Shown here piece by piece: positions 1 to 11,533 of a stretch of DNA of 64,000 nucleotides. The stretch is from Candidatus Bathyarchaeota archaeon (lineage in GTDB: Archaea > Thermoproteota > Bathyarchaeia > 40CM-2-53-6): assembly GCA_963726255.1 (NCBI GenBank), contig CAVSBL010000002.1, positions 960,001 through 1,024,000 of the forward strand. Direction: 5' to 3'. Made by a program: the position numbers and the translations under genes. How positions within the stretch are numbered: position 1 is the first letter of the stretch; every line of letters starts with the position of its first letter. Under the pieces are notes generated by a model. That model was not told the origin of the DNA, did not search any database, and worked only from the letters and a program-made list of their open reading frames with translations.

Positions 1-2
1 CA

Positions 3-518
3 AACGGCCCAAAGGCCTCGAACGGCCCGTTCGCTGAGGCCGCAGAATTCGCCGAGATAATCTTCAACTGCACGGCTGGCGCAGCTTCACTCGAAGCCTT
101 GAAATTGGCTGGCGCGAAAAACCTGAAAGGAAAGATTCTGGTCGACATATCCAACCCCTTGGATTTCTCTAAAGGCATGCCACCTACATTGACGGTTTGC
201 AATACAGATTCGCTCGGCGAGCAAATACAGCGAACCTTCCCCGAAGCCAAGGTTGTCAAAGCACTCAACACCATCAACTGCAACGTAATGGTAACGCCAC
301 ACATCATCCCTGGAACCCACGACATCTTCATGAGCGGAAATGATCCAAACGCCAAATCCAAGGTTCGCGAGATCCTTACAGATTGGTTTGGTTGGAAGTC
401 TGTCATTGACCTCGGTGACATAAGCACAGCCAGAGGAACAGAAATGTATCTGGCGCTCTGGGTGCGGTTGATGACAGTCAACCAGACCCCCAACTTCAAC
501 ATCAAGGTCACGAAATAA
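3..518 (+). CDS. NADPH-dependent F420 reductase / NADP oxidoreductase family (5'-truncated by window edge)
   Basis: Frame open from base 3; motifs GKILVDISNPL, SLGEQIQ..PEAKVVKALNT, IDLGDISTARGTE. Confidence 0.85.
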   Translation, partial: NGPKASNGPFAEAAEFAEIIFNCTAGAASLEALKLAGAKNLKGKILVDISNPLDFSKGMPPTLTVCNTDSLGEQIQRTFPEAKVVKALNTINCNVMVTPHIIPGTHDIFMSGNDPNAKSKVREILTDWFGWKSVIDLGDISTARGTEMYLALWVRLMTVNQTPNFNIKVTK

Positions 519-680
519 GAATGACGATAGACTCTACGGAGCCAACAGAATCCCGGCTCTGATCAGGATTTGACATAGCTCGCAGCCCTCAACGCAGTCG
601 CACTTATTCCAACGTTAGCCGGTGTAACTCGGAAAAGGAAAATCCGTCTTTCAGAACGAAGCAGTAGAACACGACTCCGA

Positions 681-1142
681 CTATAGGTCGAGTTCAAGAA
701 ACAGAGCTCCTGCCATAGGGTTGTAGCGATAGGGCTGAATTTCTTTGAAACCTAAACTACGGTAGAGTCGGGTAGCTTCTTCCATTGAGCCAACAGTATC
801 CAAGCGCATACGAGAGTATCCACGCTTCCTTGCTTGTTCGATGATCGCCATTGACAGGGCTCTGCCGATTCCCTTTCGCCTGAATGCTGGGCGCACATAC
901 AACCTCTTCATCTCACAAACGTCATTAGCCAATTTTCGCAAAGCCACGCAACCAGCGACAGCATCTCGGTCAAAAGCGAGCAATAGCGCCCCCGTCGGGT
1001 GGGAATATTCTCCGGGTAGATTTGCCAACTCCTCCTCAAAATTCTGGAAGGATAGGTCGAACCCAACCGAGGAAGCATATTCCAAGAAAAGCGATTTGAC
1101 CTCTTGAAGGTGCTCTTGAGAGTCCGCCTGCCTTATTTTCAA
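681..1142 (-). CDS. GNAT N-acetyltransferase
   Basis: [21 protein letters not shown] acetyl-CoA motif A; LDT...A..LY.SLGF. Confidence 0.9.
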   Translation of the reverse strand: MKIRQADSQEHLQEVKSLFLEYASSVGFDLSFQNFEEELANLPGEYSHPTGALLLAFDRDAVAGCVALRKLANDVCEMKRLYVRPAFRRKGIGRALSMAIIEQARKRGYSRMRLDTVGSMEEATRLYRSLGFKEIQPYRYNPMAGALFLELDL

Positions 1143-1237
1143 GGAACTTCAGGCCCCTTCGATATAGGACATACGCCTACAACGCAGGTTAATCAATCGG
1201 TGCTTGAATGCTTGCTCAAATCGAGGATGCCCCTGGG

Positions 1238-1492
1238 ATGACCGTCAAGGGAAGGTTCGAAGGGGCAATGACTCTACGAAAGCTCCGGGAATTCATCGTC
1301 GATCCGACCAGATTCGGAAAGTGCCTCCCAGAACCAGCAGAGCCAACCACGGAACCACCTCAGTCCATAGGGAGAAGTTTATGGCCGTATACACGTTTGC
1401 AATACTCCAAGCCGTCTGTAGCCTTAGTCGTTGACACCTATTTCACAAGGGCTCTTTCCGGCGACCGAGAACTTGCCAATCCTTGCATCTGA
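1238..1492 (+). pseudogene. Remnant resembling CoxG/SRPBCC N-terminus
   Basis: MTVKGRF...LREFIVDPTRFGKCLP resembles CoxG starts; similarity is lost after ~31 aa. Confidence 0.4.
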
Positions 1493-1672
1493 AGTCGAAG
1501 CAATAAGACTGTATTCCATCGAAAGACCCCGAAACTCCAAGTAGACTCCTCAGCCCACTTTGCATTTCCAAAGCAACACTTCCAAGTTTTCCATACTCTC
1601 GTTGCCACAGGAGTTGCATCTTCCGGGTAATGGTTAAGTTTCGGATTTGAATCAGTTCCTACGTGGTTTCAA

Positions 1673-2689
1673 GTGTCCATAGGTGATTTACGATTGGCGA
1701 GCTCACAAACGGGGCAGCGCAAAGTCTGCTCTTTCTGTCACAACTTCATAGACAGCAACGCCCTATTCTGTGACGTGTGCGGTACTCCTCAAGATATGGG
1801 TCGAGTTCTTCAGGTTCGATCTGAGATGCAGAGGAATATTGACAACCTAACCGCTTCTACACGCTCCTTGGAGAGCCGAAAGGCCGCCCTGGAAAGTGAG
1901 ATTAGGGAATTACAGAATTCCTCCGAGAAGGCAAAGTTGACTCAAAAAATAGAGCTTGAATCATTAGATGACAAGATAAAGACGCTGACGGATGCTCTGC
2001 AACCTTTAGCACGTGAGGTTGAATCACTGCGGAGCAGGAAAGAAGCACTTACAAGTGAAATCGACGTGCTTGCCACTAAGAAGCAGGAATTAGAGAAGGC
2101 TACCAGATCGGAAGCAGAGACTATCGAATCTCTACACAGAGAGAGGCTCGGGATGCAGCATCAGATCAGACGACGATCCGACAAGGCACGCGTACGTAGC
2201 CAAGCGTCAAAACCAAGAGAAATGCGTGCTGCGAATAAGCAGACTACTCACACGTTTGTTTGCAAATACGAAGGGACCGCAGACTGGAATACGGAACTTT
2301 CTAGGCTAATTGCTCAGTTTGAACTTTCACTGGACCAGCCGAAGTATTCTTTCTCGCCTGACAAAATCGTTCTCCCGGTCACAGGATCGAGAGAGAATAT
2401 CGAAAAACTGGCTACGGCGCTTAATAGCTTGGAGGGTTTCGTCAACTTGCGCTCGAAGCTCGCGGCAACGAAGAACACCCTGCGGGAATATGTCAAGGCG
2501 AGAACCATTCACAAGCAAGAACTCGATGAGCTTAACAACGTTCCCTGGTACAAGCAGAACCGAAGTCTGAATAAGCGGAAGATTGAACTTAGCCAAAGAC
2601 TGGCAGAGGATGACTCGAAGGTAAATGCTATCTCAGAAGATTTGAAGGTCTTAGAGAGCTTAGTTGGTTCTGATGTGCCTAAGAATTGA
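1673..2689 (+). CDS. Zinc-ribbon plus long coiled-coil protein
   Basis: CxxC-x10-CxxCG at N-terminus, then heptad-rich E/K/L helices. Confidence 0.7.
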   Translation: MSIGDLRLASSQTGQRKVCSFCHNFIDSNALFCDVCGTPQDMGRVLQVRSEMQRNIDNLTASTRSLESRKAALESEIRELQNSSEKAKLTQKIELESLDDKIKTLTDALQPLAREVESLRSRKEALTSEIDVLATKKQELEKATRSEAETIESLHRERLGMQHQIRRRSDKARVRSQASKPREMRAANKQTTHTFVCKYEGTADWNTELSRLIAQFELSLDQPKYSFSPDKIVLPVTGSRENIEKLATALNSLEGFVNLRSKLAATKNTLREYVKARTIHKQELDELNNVPWYKQNRSLNKRKIELSQRLAEDDSKVNAISEDLKVLESLVGSDVPKN

Positions 2690-2761
2690 GCTGTCCCTGA
2701 TGGGTTTCGACTTTAAGTTTATTGGAAGCGATTGCCAATGATTGCCATGCGGATGATTTAA

Positions 2762-3397
2762 TTGAGCAGACGCACGCCGGCTAAACGCGAGTCAATATTA
2801 GAGATTTACATGCCAATCGGGATGCGAATTCTCGTTGTGCTTTACTGGGTAGGCGGATTATCCGGCATAATGATCGGTATTCTGGCGATAAACCAGGGAT
2901 TCTATGAAACATTTTTCGACATTCAATACTTGCTCATTGGACAGGGAGTAGCGTTGCTCTCCCTTGGCAGCATCATCTTTCTCGTCGCCATCGGAATGGT
3001 CACCGGAGCAAAATGGAGCATACCCATTGCAAAACGGCTTTCTGCAGTCCTAGTTGGTTGGGCAGCAGTCGGAACTGTACTGGGCGTGTACACAGCTTAT
3101 GCCGTAACTGCCTTGGACTCCACATTTGTGCTATACGGCATGGTCGCGTGGCTACTCATCTTCGGAATAGGGGCTGGATTGCTTGGATTAAGCTACCTGA
3201 TGACTCACGGAACAACTGTAAGAAAATACTCCGAATACGTTACCACTGAAACATATGCACCACAACCCTACTCTGCCGAACCTAAACGACTTCCCGCAAC
3301 GGCAAAACGCGCTGTCATTCGTTGTCTAGATTGCGGAGCCGAACTGAAACCGGGAACATCCTACTGCCCGGCGTGCGGAGCACCCCAGGGTGTTTAA
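2762..3397 (+). CDS. Membrane protein (about 4 TM) with C-terminal zinc ribbon
   Basis: Four hydrophobic segments; CLDCG...YCPACG at C-terminus. Confidence 0.75.
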   Translation: MSRRTPAKRESILEIYMPIGMRILVVLYWVGGLSGIMIGILAINQGFYETFFDIQYLLIGQGVALLSLGSIIFLVAIGMVTGAKWSIPIAKRLSAVLVGWAAVGTVLGVYTAYAVTALDSTFVLYGMVAWLLIFGIGAGLLGLSYLMTHGTTVRKYSEYVTTETYAPQPYSAEPKRLPATAKRAVIRCLDCGAELKPGTSYCPACGAPQGV

Positions 3398-3398
3398 G

Positions 3399-5024
3399 AT
3401 GAGAAACATCAAGCTACTACTAATACTGGCCTTAGTCATCGTCGGTATCAGCCTCATTCCCGCCATCGCGGTCAAAGCCCAGACGGGAGACTTTCAAGTC
3501 AGCGCGCAACCGTCCCACGCAACGATAGGTACGGACGGAACAGCACGCTTCGTCATTAAAGTCACTTCAATAAACGGGTTCTCTGGATCAGTTCAGTTGG
3601 CTGTAACAGGCCTCTCTCAGACGGGCCAATCGCGGTCTTACGCCTCATTTCAACCTGGCACGCTCCAACTGGCATCTAACGGTCAAGCTTACGCAGTGCT
3701 CACACTAACGATTAGCACACAGTACGTTACTCTTGCCACGAACACAATCAGCACGATCAACTTCAACGTCGCCGCAACCGCGAATGGCATCACGACATCG
3801 GTACCGCTGGCAGCAGACATTTTCTATGGCACGCAATCAACCATTCAATTAGCTGACACTGCACTAACCCTTCAGCCGAACACAATTCAAACTACAGCCA
3901 CCATAACACAATCCCAGAGCGCCACCGTCCAACTAACTTTAACATCGGGCGCGACTACAAATCTTGGACAAACAGTCCTCACGGCGACCATAGTAGGATA
4001 TGATATTCCGAGTGGGCTACTTTTCACAATCACGCCCACGACCACGAACATAGTTGCAGGTCAGACTACGACTGTGACAATCAATCTCCTAATGACCCCG
4101 CAATTTCTCCAGGCAGGGGGAACCTACATATTTGCGATTGGAATAAACGCCTTGATGCAGGGTCCTCTAATTAACGCCTATACGTCATACCAGAACTACT
4201 TCGTCAGCAAAGCGGTGCCCCTAACCATCATTATCCCGCCGGCATTCAGCGTCGCAGCTAACCCAACAATTTTCAACGTGTTGGTCGGCGGGCCTTCTCA
4301 ACAATTGGGTATAATTGTTACGCCGATAACATCAGGCTTAACCGACCCCATAGTTCTATCAGTCCAAGGCCTACCTGCCGGACTGATCGCAACATTCCAG
4401 AATAATCCCCTCACCCCGAACGGCCTCCAACCATTATCTACGAACCTTGTGATTCAGGCACCTGGGAGCACATTCCCCACGACTGCTACTATAACGATCT
4501 CGGCTACGGCTGCTGGCGTAACCAACACCGCTACAGTATCATTGACACTTCAACCGCAGGGGGACTATAGCATACAGGCAGATCAGACTATACTGTCATT
4601 CACGGGAGCCGGCGAATCAAAGACTATTACGCTGACGATCACTCCGCAGAACGGTTTCAAATCGAACATCAACCTCACGACTTTGAATCTGCCAACCGGT
4701 TTCACAGATTCATTCAGCCCATCAAATCTCCAAGTACAACAATCGGGCCCTATCACAGTGATCGCAACGATCGTTGCTGGGCCTAATATTCAACCAGGCA
4801 CTTACTCTGTATCAATCGTAAGCAGTACCGGCGTTTCCGCAGCGAAAACCATACCGATTACGGTGCTTGTACGAGCCGGTGTAGGTCAAATATGGCCAAT
4901 TGTCTTGATTATGGTCATCCTGATTGCGGTGATAAGCATCATTGCCTTCATTGGCATACCAAGGGGAAGAGAAGTACGACGGATACCTGAACAACAAACC
5001 GGCGTTCCCAGCCTACCGCCATAG
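3399..5024 (+). CDS. Secreted, C-terminally anchored surface protein with repeated Ig-like beta-sandwich domains
   Basis: Signal peptide; repeated DFxxS...ITVTxxNGF.G.V.L...GLP.G units; C-terminal TM followed by basic residues. Confidence 0.8.
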   Translation: MRNIKLLLILALVIVGISLIPAIAVKAQTGDFQVSAQPSHATIGTDGTARFVIKVTSINGFSGSVQLAVTGLSQTGQSRSYASFQPGTLQLASNGQAYAVLTLTISTQYVTLATNTISTINFNVAATANGITTSVPLAADIFYGTQSTIQLADTALTLQPNTIQTTATITQSQSATVQLTLTSGATTNLGQTVLTATIVGYDIPSGLLFTITPTTTNIVAGQTTTVTINLLMTPQFLQAGGTYIFAIGINALMQGPLINAYTSYQNYFVSKAVPLTIIIPPAFSVAANPTIFNVLVGGPSQQLGIIVTPITSGLTDPIVLSVQGLPAGLIATFQNNPLTPNGLQPLSTNLVIQAPGSTFPTTATITISATAAGVTNTATVSLTLQPQGDYSIQADQTILSFTGAGESKTITLTITPQNGFKSNINLTTLNLPTGFTDSFSPSNLQVQQSGPITVIATIVAGPNIQPGTYSVSIVSSTGVSAAKTIPITVLVRAGVGQIWPIVLIMVILIAVISIIAFIGIPRGREVRRIPEQQTGVPSLPP

Positions 5025-5042
5025 AACGGGGAGACACTTTCG

Positions 5043-5240
5043 ATGGCCCACGTGGCACCCATTAGGATTAGGAAGTCAAAAACCAAGACCGGAAAAATTG
5101 TTCGCTTAACAATCCCCAAGATTTTACTTGATGACGCTGAGTTTCCACTCGACCTCCGAGAGCAGGTCTACATCCGAATAGTGCCCGATGGTCTATTACT
5201 AACTCATAATTCAAAAGGAAACGGTACGTGGAAAGTGTGA
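5043..5240 (+). CDS. Small AbrB/MazE-like protein (tentative)
   Basis: RLTIPK....D.EFP....EQVYIRI pattern of swapped-hairpin proteins. Confidence 0.5.
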   Translation: MAHVAPIRIRKSKTKTGKIVRLTIPKILLDDAEFPLDLREQVYIRIVPDGLLLTHNSKGNGTWKV

Positions 5241-6058
5241 CTGGGACCGGAGCCAATAGAGACTATTATCAAGTCTTGGGCGTTCCGGAAAATGCTACAA
5301 AAGAACAAGTGAAAGCCGCCTACAGGCAACTTGCGCTGCGATACCATCCTGACAGGAATAAGAACCCCAAAGCGCAAGAGAAGTTCAAGGAAATATCACA
5401 AGCCTACCGAGACGCATGCGAAGCCCTAGAGCATCAACGCTTTGCCATAGAACAAGAAACAACAGATTGGACACCTGGCCCAATCTTAGTACGTGAAGAA
5501 TTCATTCCTGACCTGCGCGAAGGTAGAAGAACCCTCAGCGTGGAAGGAGGAGTGAGGGGGAACGTCAACTACGCGTTGTGGGTTTCCCTGAAAGAAGTTG
5601 CAATAGGAACAAGAAAAACAATCTCGATAAGTCGAAGAATCGTCTGCAGTTTCTGTGAAGGGCTCGGCCAGAAAACTGGATGCAGACACTGCCAAGGAAC
5701 CGGGATCAGAAAGGAAGTACGATTTGTTCCGCTTACAATCCCTGCCGGAGTCGAAGAGGGCATGCAATTCAAATTGACAGGAGGCGGAAACTTCGGCGGC
5801 GACATCTTCGTTGAAATCAACGTTAAACCACATCGACTATTTCGAAGAGACGTGGATAACATCTACTGTGAAGTGCCTGTATCAACCGCTCAACTAAGAA
5901 ACGGAACCGAAATACAGATCAGGACTTTGGATGGTTCTACGGCTTTCCTACGTGTTCCGCCCAAGACGCGTAAGGGCACATTATTCGTCTTGCAGGAAAG
6001 AGGCCTACCTAGGTGGGGGTCGTCGAGAAGAGGCGACCTCATGGCCAAAATAGTTTGA
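5228..6058 (+). CDS. DnaJ-family co-chaperone (J domain, reduced Zn finger, C-terminal domain)
   Basis: DYYQVLGV...YHPDRN (HPD motif); CSFCEGLG and CRHCQGTG; GDL at end. Confidence 0.9.
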   Translation: MESVTGTGANRDYYQVLGVPENATKEQVKAAYRQLALRYHPDRNKNPKAQEKFKEISQAYRDACEALEHQRFAIEQETTDWTPGPILVREEFIPDLREGRRTLSVEGGVRGNVNYALWVSLKEVAIGTRKTISISRRIVCSFCEGLGQKTGCRHCQGTGIRKEVRFVPLTIPAGVEEGMQFKLTGGGNFGGDIFVEINVKPHRLFRRDVDNIYCEVPVSTAQLRNGTEIQIRTLDGSTAFLRVPPKTRKGTLFVLQERGLPRWGSSRRGDLMAKIV

Positions 6059-6086
6059 CGAATGCTCGCGCACCCTTGACCTTAAG

Positions 6087-6278
6087 GTGCAGGCGAGATT
6101 GAACAGATTAGGCGCATCTAAGACGGTTCTAATCTGGCTGCTCCAAGAAGCCCAGCCTTCGATCCGATATCTCACACTTACGCAGTTGCTTGAAAAATCT
6201 GACGACGACGCACAGGTTGGATCGGCGAAGGCGATGCGAGTACTGAGCAGGATTGAGCAAAGTGGAACAAATCACTGA
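6087..6278 (+). pseudogene. N-terminal remnant of a prenyltransferase/squalene-oxidase-repeat-like protein
   Basis: WLLQEAQPSIRYLTLTQLL matches the typical start of that family; ORF ends early. Confidence 0.4.
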
Positions 6279-6355
6279 CGAGATTCGCCCTGAAATCCGG
6301 ATGTTCCAGAATGCGAAAAGTCTTATCTGAAGAACCTTAACGACTGATTGAAACT

Positions 6356-7327
6356 ATGTCGGCACAAAGCCCGAAGCAGGCAGATGTTGAAATCATAGTT
6401 CGTCCGCTTCGAGAGAATGACCTTCCGGAGGCTGACCGCGTCTGCCGCCTAGCTTACGGTACGTTTCTTGAATTGCCCGACCCGATGACGGTCTTTGGAG
6501 ATGCTGAATATGTACGGACCCGTTGGCTAGCTGATTCGGACGCCGCCTTAGGCGCCGAGGTTAAAGGCGAACTTGTAGGTTCGATTTTCGCAACGAGTTG
6601 GGGCAGTTTCGGATTCTTCGGACCGCTCTCAGTGCGCCCTGACCTATGGGACAAAGGCATTGCCAAACGCCTGCTTGAAAGGACGATGGAGCTCTTCGAC
6701 AAGTGGGGAACAAAGCACATCGCTCTTCTCACCTTTGCAAACAGCGGAAAACACATTGCTCTCTACCAGAAGTTTGGCTTCTGGCCACGATTCCTCACTC
6801 CCATAATGTCCAAGGCTGTAGAGAAAAAGCCGCAATTCGTGGAACGGTCGAAGTTTTCCGAAGTGCAGGAGAAGAAACGGGCGCAGTACCTCGATGCCTG
6901 CAGCGACCTTACTGGCAAGATCTACGAAGGACTCGATGTGAGGCGGGAGATTCAGGCGGTCGCCGCTCAGAAACTTGGTGAAACGCTGTTGCTGTCGGTT
7001 AGGAAGGAACTCGTTGGCTTGGCGGTGTGCCACTGTGGTGTGGGTTCAGAGGCGGGCAGCGGTAACTGCTACGTGAAGTTCGGGGCAGTTCGACCCAGCG
7101 GGAACGTTAGGCTAAATTTCGGTTTACTGCTAGACGCATGCGAAATGCTTGCAACCGAAAGAGGGATGTCGCGACTTGTCGCTGGTATGAATGTGGCACG
7201 CCATGAAGCTTATCGCGTAATGATTGAACGTGGTTTCCACATGGATTTTCAAGGTGTGGCGATGCAAAAACCTAACGAGCCTGGGTACAATCGACCCGAC
7301 GTCTTTGTCATCGACGACTTGCGATAA
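6356..7327 (+). CDS. Tandem GNAT acetyltransferase
   Basis: GPLSVRPDLWDKGIAKRLL motif A; LYQKFGF; second GNAT-like domain. Confidence 0.85.
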   Translation: MSAQSPKQADVEIIVRPLRENDLPEADRVCRLAYGTFLELPDPMTVFGDAEYVRTRWLADSDAALGAEVKGELVGSIFATSWGSFGFFGPLSVRPDLWDKGIAKRLLERTMELFDKWGTKHIALLTFANSGKHIALYQKFGFWPRFLTPIMSKAVEKKPQFVERSKFSEVQEKKRAQYLDACSDLTGKIYEGLDVRREIQAVAAQKLGETLLLSVRKELVGLAVCHCGVGSEAGSGNCYVKFGAVRPSGNVRLNFGLLLDACEMLATERGMSRLVAGMNVARHEAYRVMIERGFHMDFQGVAMQKPNEPGYNRPDVFVIDDLR

Positions 7328-7595
7328 GAGTGCACGGGGCCTTGGGAGCGGCAGGGTGTGCTCCTTAGAGATGAGTTTGCTCTTGACTGTTTAGGTCACG
7401 TTTAGCCCCGAGTGATCTGAAGACCTCCGCGGCTTGCAAGTATCTTTTTCGATTCGTCTGGGCTCCTCTGCCGTGCTTGAAACAAAGTGGAATGGCTAGT
7501 GACTGTACAGCCCCTTCGGGAGTCTCTCTGTCCGTCGATTAGTCAGCGTCATGAGACGAGATCTGTGCCGCCTGTCCCAATCTTTATCGTCCGAG

Positions 7596-8075
7596 TCACT
7601 CCTTCTTTACCGTCTTTGAGGTGTCGAATCCCTCTGTCTCTAGCTCCTTGAAACGGGTTTCCACGAATTGAGCTACCTTCTGCTGACTGTATTCTTTTTC
7701 CCGTTTCTGCTTGTCGAGGTGTTCTCTGATGACCCTTAGCAGTTCGTCTGTGTTTACGGGTTTGATTAGGTAGTAGTCTACTCCCTTGTTGATCGCCTTG
7801 ACGGCATTCTGCAATGCGGGGTAACCGGTCAGTATGATCTTGACCATTTTCGGTGTTGTTTCCTTCAGAGCGGTTAAGAGTTCGGTGCCTTCGATATCCG
7901 GGAGGCGAATGTCGATTAGTGCGAGATTGTAGAAGTTCACCTTAGCCTTCTCGATGGCCTGTTTCCCGTTCTCTGCGGTGTCCACCACGTAGCCTGCACG
8001 CATCAAGGTGATTGAGATAGTCTTCCTGATGCTTTCCTCGTCATCGATTACAAGGATCCGGGCTGATTCCGTCAT
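7596..8075 (-). CDS. Response regulator (receiver domain)
   Basis: ILVIDDE, LIDIRLPD (phospho-Asp), LTG, YLIKP. Confidence 0.95.
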   Translation of the reverse strand: MTESARILVIDDEESIRKTISITLMRAGYVVDTAENGKQAIEKAKVNFYNLALIDIRLPDIEGTELLTALKETTPKMVKIILTGYPALQNAVKAINKGVDYYLIKPVNTDELLRVIREHLDKQKREKEYSQQKVAQFVETRFKELETEGFDTSKTVKKE

Positions 8076-11000
8076 TCTTGCGTCACCTCCGCTGCGTCAG
8101 GTCTGATTGGAAGGCGTATTGTTACGGTTGTGCCTTCACCAGGTCTGCTTTTCACGGATATGCTTCCTCCATGAGCGTCCACAACGCGTTTGCAAATCGC
8201 CAACCCCAAACCCAACCCCTTCGCTTTAGTGGTTTGGAGTGGCTTCCAGAGATTCTTCATAACCTTCTCTGGCATGCCCGATCCGGTATCTGAGAACTCG
8301 ATTTCCACGCTGCCGTCGGATCGCTTACCACTTATCGTGAGTATGCCACCTTGCGGCATCGCGTCGATCGCGTTATCCACAAGGTTGATGAAGACTCTGG
8401 TCATCCTGTCCGAATCAACTTTTATTGTCGGGCGCTCTTCCGACCTGTCATGTACTGTAACCACCCGTGGAACACTGACCTTTCCTAATGCTTCTCTTAC
8501 GATTGCTTTCGGAGTCGTCTCGATCAGATTCAATTTGATTTCTGCCGAATATTCCGTGAGGTCTCCTACGATGGCGTCTGAATAACCAACGCTGTCCTCG
8601 ATCAGTCGAAGCATCTCATCTCTCTCCTTCGCCGTCAACGCTTCTTGTTTCAGGAGGTGGACCGCTCCAGCTATTCCTTGCAACGGGTTGCGAAGGTCGT
8701 GTCCAACCATGGCCGCTGTTTCGCCTACGGCAGCCAGCCGATCAGCTTGCTGAAGGCGCTGCTCCATTTCCTTTCGCTCGGTGAGATCAATTGTAGAGAC
8801 CAAAACCTTCGAAAGCGTATCCTCGTAGCCTGGAATCACGCTCACAATCAAGCTAACGTGCTTTGTGTCGCCGGTCAAAGTTTGATTGTCAAATTCGCTC
8901 GAAAATTGTGTCTTTCCCTCACCCAAAGCGACGAGTTCTTCTCTGAATTTGTCGTGGAACTCGTGGGTGAAAATCCTGCCTAATTCACCCCTTAATTCTT
9001 CAACTGTTTTCGCGCCGTACAGCCTGAGCGTGGCTTCGTTGACATCAAGGATCTTCACCATAGTTGCACACTTGGCAAGTTCCTCCGGATGTTCAGTGAA
9101 GTATCTTCTAAGATTCTTAACCCCTCTATTTCGCAGATCGTCGAAGTATTTCTTGACTTCAGAGAAATCTTCTTCCCAAAGGGAGATTGGGCTGCTTTCG
9201 AAGAGGCGACGGTATCGTGCTTCGCTCTCAGCTAGCTTGCCAGACCTCTCCTTAACCAGCTCCTCTAGATGCGCAGAGTACTGTTTCAGTTCCTCCTCCA
9301 ATCGCTTGCGTTGGGTAACGTCGCGGAGTATTCCTTCATGGAAGATGACATTTCCCTGTTCGTTGTGAATGTATCGACCGTGGTCTTCAACCCAGACCTC
9401 GGATCCGCCCTTTTGACGCATACGGTAAACTTCAACTTCTTCCTGACCTGTATCTAGAATGTGGCTCCCCCGTTCTTCGGGTGAGAAATAGAGTTCCTTC
9501 TTGATGTCCGCAATGTCCAAGATTTCCTGCTTGCTCGAATACCCGAACATCCTCACAAAAGCAGGATTGACGTCAACAAACCGACCCTCGTGAGTGCTGA
9601 GGTATATTCCATCCAGCATCCGATCGAAGAGGGAGCGATATCGTTCTTCCGATTGACGAAGTTCATCTTCAGCCCGTTTGCGTTCGGTGATGTCGTCGAA
9701 AACGAACTCAATCGCGGCTCTCTGGTGGTAAGTGATCTTCGCCGCTCTAACCATGACGGGGACTTCAGAGCCATCCCTCTTTGTCAGGCTTATCTCATAA
9801 GGAGCTACGCGTTCGCCTCGTAGCCTCCTGGTCATGTTTTCCTTGAGCACACTTCTGGATTTTTCTGACACAGAGTTCTCTATTGGGTCAAAAGAAGGCG
9901 ATAGGAGTTCTTCGCGGGTCCAACCCAAATCTAGGACTGCTACGCTGTTGACGTATTTCAAAACTCCATCTTGGAGAATCCCGATGAAGTTCGGCGAATT
10001 CTCCACCATCGCCCGGTATCTTTCCTCGCTCTCTCGCAGTGCCTCTAAGCTTCGTTGATTCTCAAGGGCGATGGCTGCATGGTTGGCGAACAAAGCTAGC
10101 AGTTCGAGGTCCGCCTGCGTGAAGTGTCTGGCCTCCTTATTGTCTAGAACGTGGATCACCCCCGTAACTTTGCCCTGCCAGATCATCGGTGCGCTGAGGA
10201 CGGAGCTGAACGGCTGATCCTTCTCGTAGACAGCTGCACGGCCTGGCCAAGTTCGATAATCGTCAATGATCAACGGTTTCCCAGTCGTCGCCACCACACC
10301 AGCTGCACCTTCGCCATACTTCATCACCGTTCCCACAATATTCATGGGAGTATTGCGACTAACCACACAACGTACTTCTTGCTTCTCGGAATCGCAGAGG
10401 TACATTCCTCCGCTGGTCGCGCCTAGCAGCCGGGCCGCTCGTTCCACAATACTGTTCAGCAATTCTGGCAAGTCATGCCTGCCAGTAATGTCAAGCACCG
10501 TTTCTTGGAGCGCAGCCAGCTCTCCTACCCGGTGGCGTAGCGCCTCCCCGACCCGCTTGCGATTACTGACATTTTCAAAAACCGCAACGAAATTTCCCCT
10601 CGCCGGGCTGGAAACTGAGATGGCCAGACTTATCCCCAAAGATTTCAAGTCAACTTCAAAGCTCTCTGGTTTGCCCGTCAAAGCAACTCTCCCATAGATC
10701 TCAAACAACTCTGGGTTTTCCTCTTTGATCCCGGGAATCACTTCGGTGACTCTCTTGCCCACCACGTTTCTCAGACCGGTCAACCGACTAAATGCGCTGT
10801 TAACATCAAGATAGACGAAATCCTCTGGACGGCCATCGTCGTCAAGAATCATCTTGCAGTAAGCGAAACCCTCCAACATACTCTGGAATAGTGAACGGTA
10901 ACGCTCCTCGCTCTCTCGCAACAGGGCCTCGTCTTTTAGGCGTCTCAGCGCTGAGGCTGCGTGAGTGGCCAGCGTTTCGAGGAGTTTTTGGTCATTATCA

Positions 11001-11533
11001 ACGAAGGCATTAGGGAGATTGTTTTCGACATTTAGGACGGCAACAACTGTCTCGTCGATGACCACGGGTACTGCTAGCTCGGATAGCTTTGCTGGGGATG
11101 CCTCTTTCCCTGCACGTCCTTCATCGTCAACGTATGCTTCCTTTCTTCTTGTGTCTGAGACGGTCACGGTTCTTCCTGTGTTCGCAGCCATCACGGTAAC
11201 TCCAGGACCGTCTAAGGGCAACTCTAAGAAAGACGGAGTTGTCCCCCGCTTTCCCTTGAAACAAAGGCATCTTCTATCCGCATCGACCAACGAGAAGTCA
11301 GCCGAGCTGAATCCAAGTGTGAATTCCATAGCGTCAAGCGTGTACTTCACTACCTCGTCAACGTTCGTGGCGGCGCTAAGTTGCGATGCGTGTCGATGTA
11401 GCGCCATCAATTTCTCTTCGTATTCGTTGCGCTTGCTTTTGCGCTCACCGTTGCTCTTGGTCGTCAAAGCTTTCGCCTTCACGACCTTTCGTTTTCTTTT
11501 CTTCAAATATCTCAGCTCAACTTGTCCATTCAA
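8072..11533 (-). CDS. Soluble multi-sensor histidine kinase (GAF-PAS-GAF-PAS-PAS-PAS-HisKA-HATPase)
   Basis: HDLRNPL H-box, NLVDNAIDAM N-box, DTGSG, GLGLGL; repeated ESEERYR linkers; no TM. Confidence 0.95.
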   Translation of the reverse strand: MNGQVELRYLKKRKRKVVKAKALTTKSNGERKSKRNEYEEKLMALHRHASQLSAATNVDEVVKYTLDAMEFTLGFSSADFSLVDADRRCLCFKGKRGTTPSFLELPLDGPGVTVMAANTGRTVTVSDTRRKEAYVDDEGRAGKEASPAKLSELAVPVVIDETVVAVLNVENNLPNAFVDNDQKLLETLATHAASALRRLKDEALLRESEERYRSLFQSMLEGFAYCKMILDDDGRPEDFVYLDVNSAFSRLTGLRNVVGKRVTEVIPGIKEENPELFEIYGRVALTGKPESFEVDLKSLGISLAISVSSPARGNFVAVFENVSNRKRVGEALRHRVGELAALQETVLDITGRHDLPELLNSIVERAARLLGATSGGMYLCDSEKQEVRCVVSRNTPMNIVGTVMKYGEGAAGVVATTGKPLIIDDYRTWPGRAAVYEKDQPFSSVLSAPMIWQGKVTGVIHVLDNKEARHFTQADLELLALFANHAAIALENQRSLEALRESEERYRAMVENSPNFIGILQDGVLKYVNSVAVLDLGWTREELLSPSFDPIENSVSEKSRSVLKENMTRRLRGERVAPYEISLTKRDGSEVPVMVRAAKITYHQRAAIEFVFDDITERKRAEDELRQSEERYRSLFDRMLDGIYLSTHEGRFVDVNPAFVRMFGYSSKQEILDIADIKKELYFSPEERGSHILDTGQEEVEVYRMRQKGGSEVWVEDHGRYIHNEQGNVIFHEGILRDVTQRKRLEEELKQYSAHLEELVKERSGKLAESEARYRRLFESSPISLWEEDFSEVKKYFDDLRNRGVKNLRRYFTEHPEELAKCATMVKILDVNEATLRLYGAKTVEELRGELGRIFTHEFHDKFREELVALGEGKTQFSSEFDNQTLTGDTKHVSLIVSVIPGYEDTLSKVLVSTIDLTERKEMEQRLQQADRLAAVGETAAMVGHDLRNPLQGIAGAVHLLKQEALTAKERDEMLRLIEDSVGYSDAIVGDLTEYSAEIKLNLIETTPKAIVREALGKVSVPRVVTVHDRSEERPTIKVDSDRMTRVFINLVDNAIDAMPQGGILTISGKRSDGSVEIEFSDTGSGMPEKVMKNLWKPLQTTKAKGLGLGLAICKRVVDAHGGSISVKSRPGEGTTVTIRLPIRPDAAEVTQE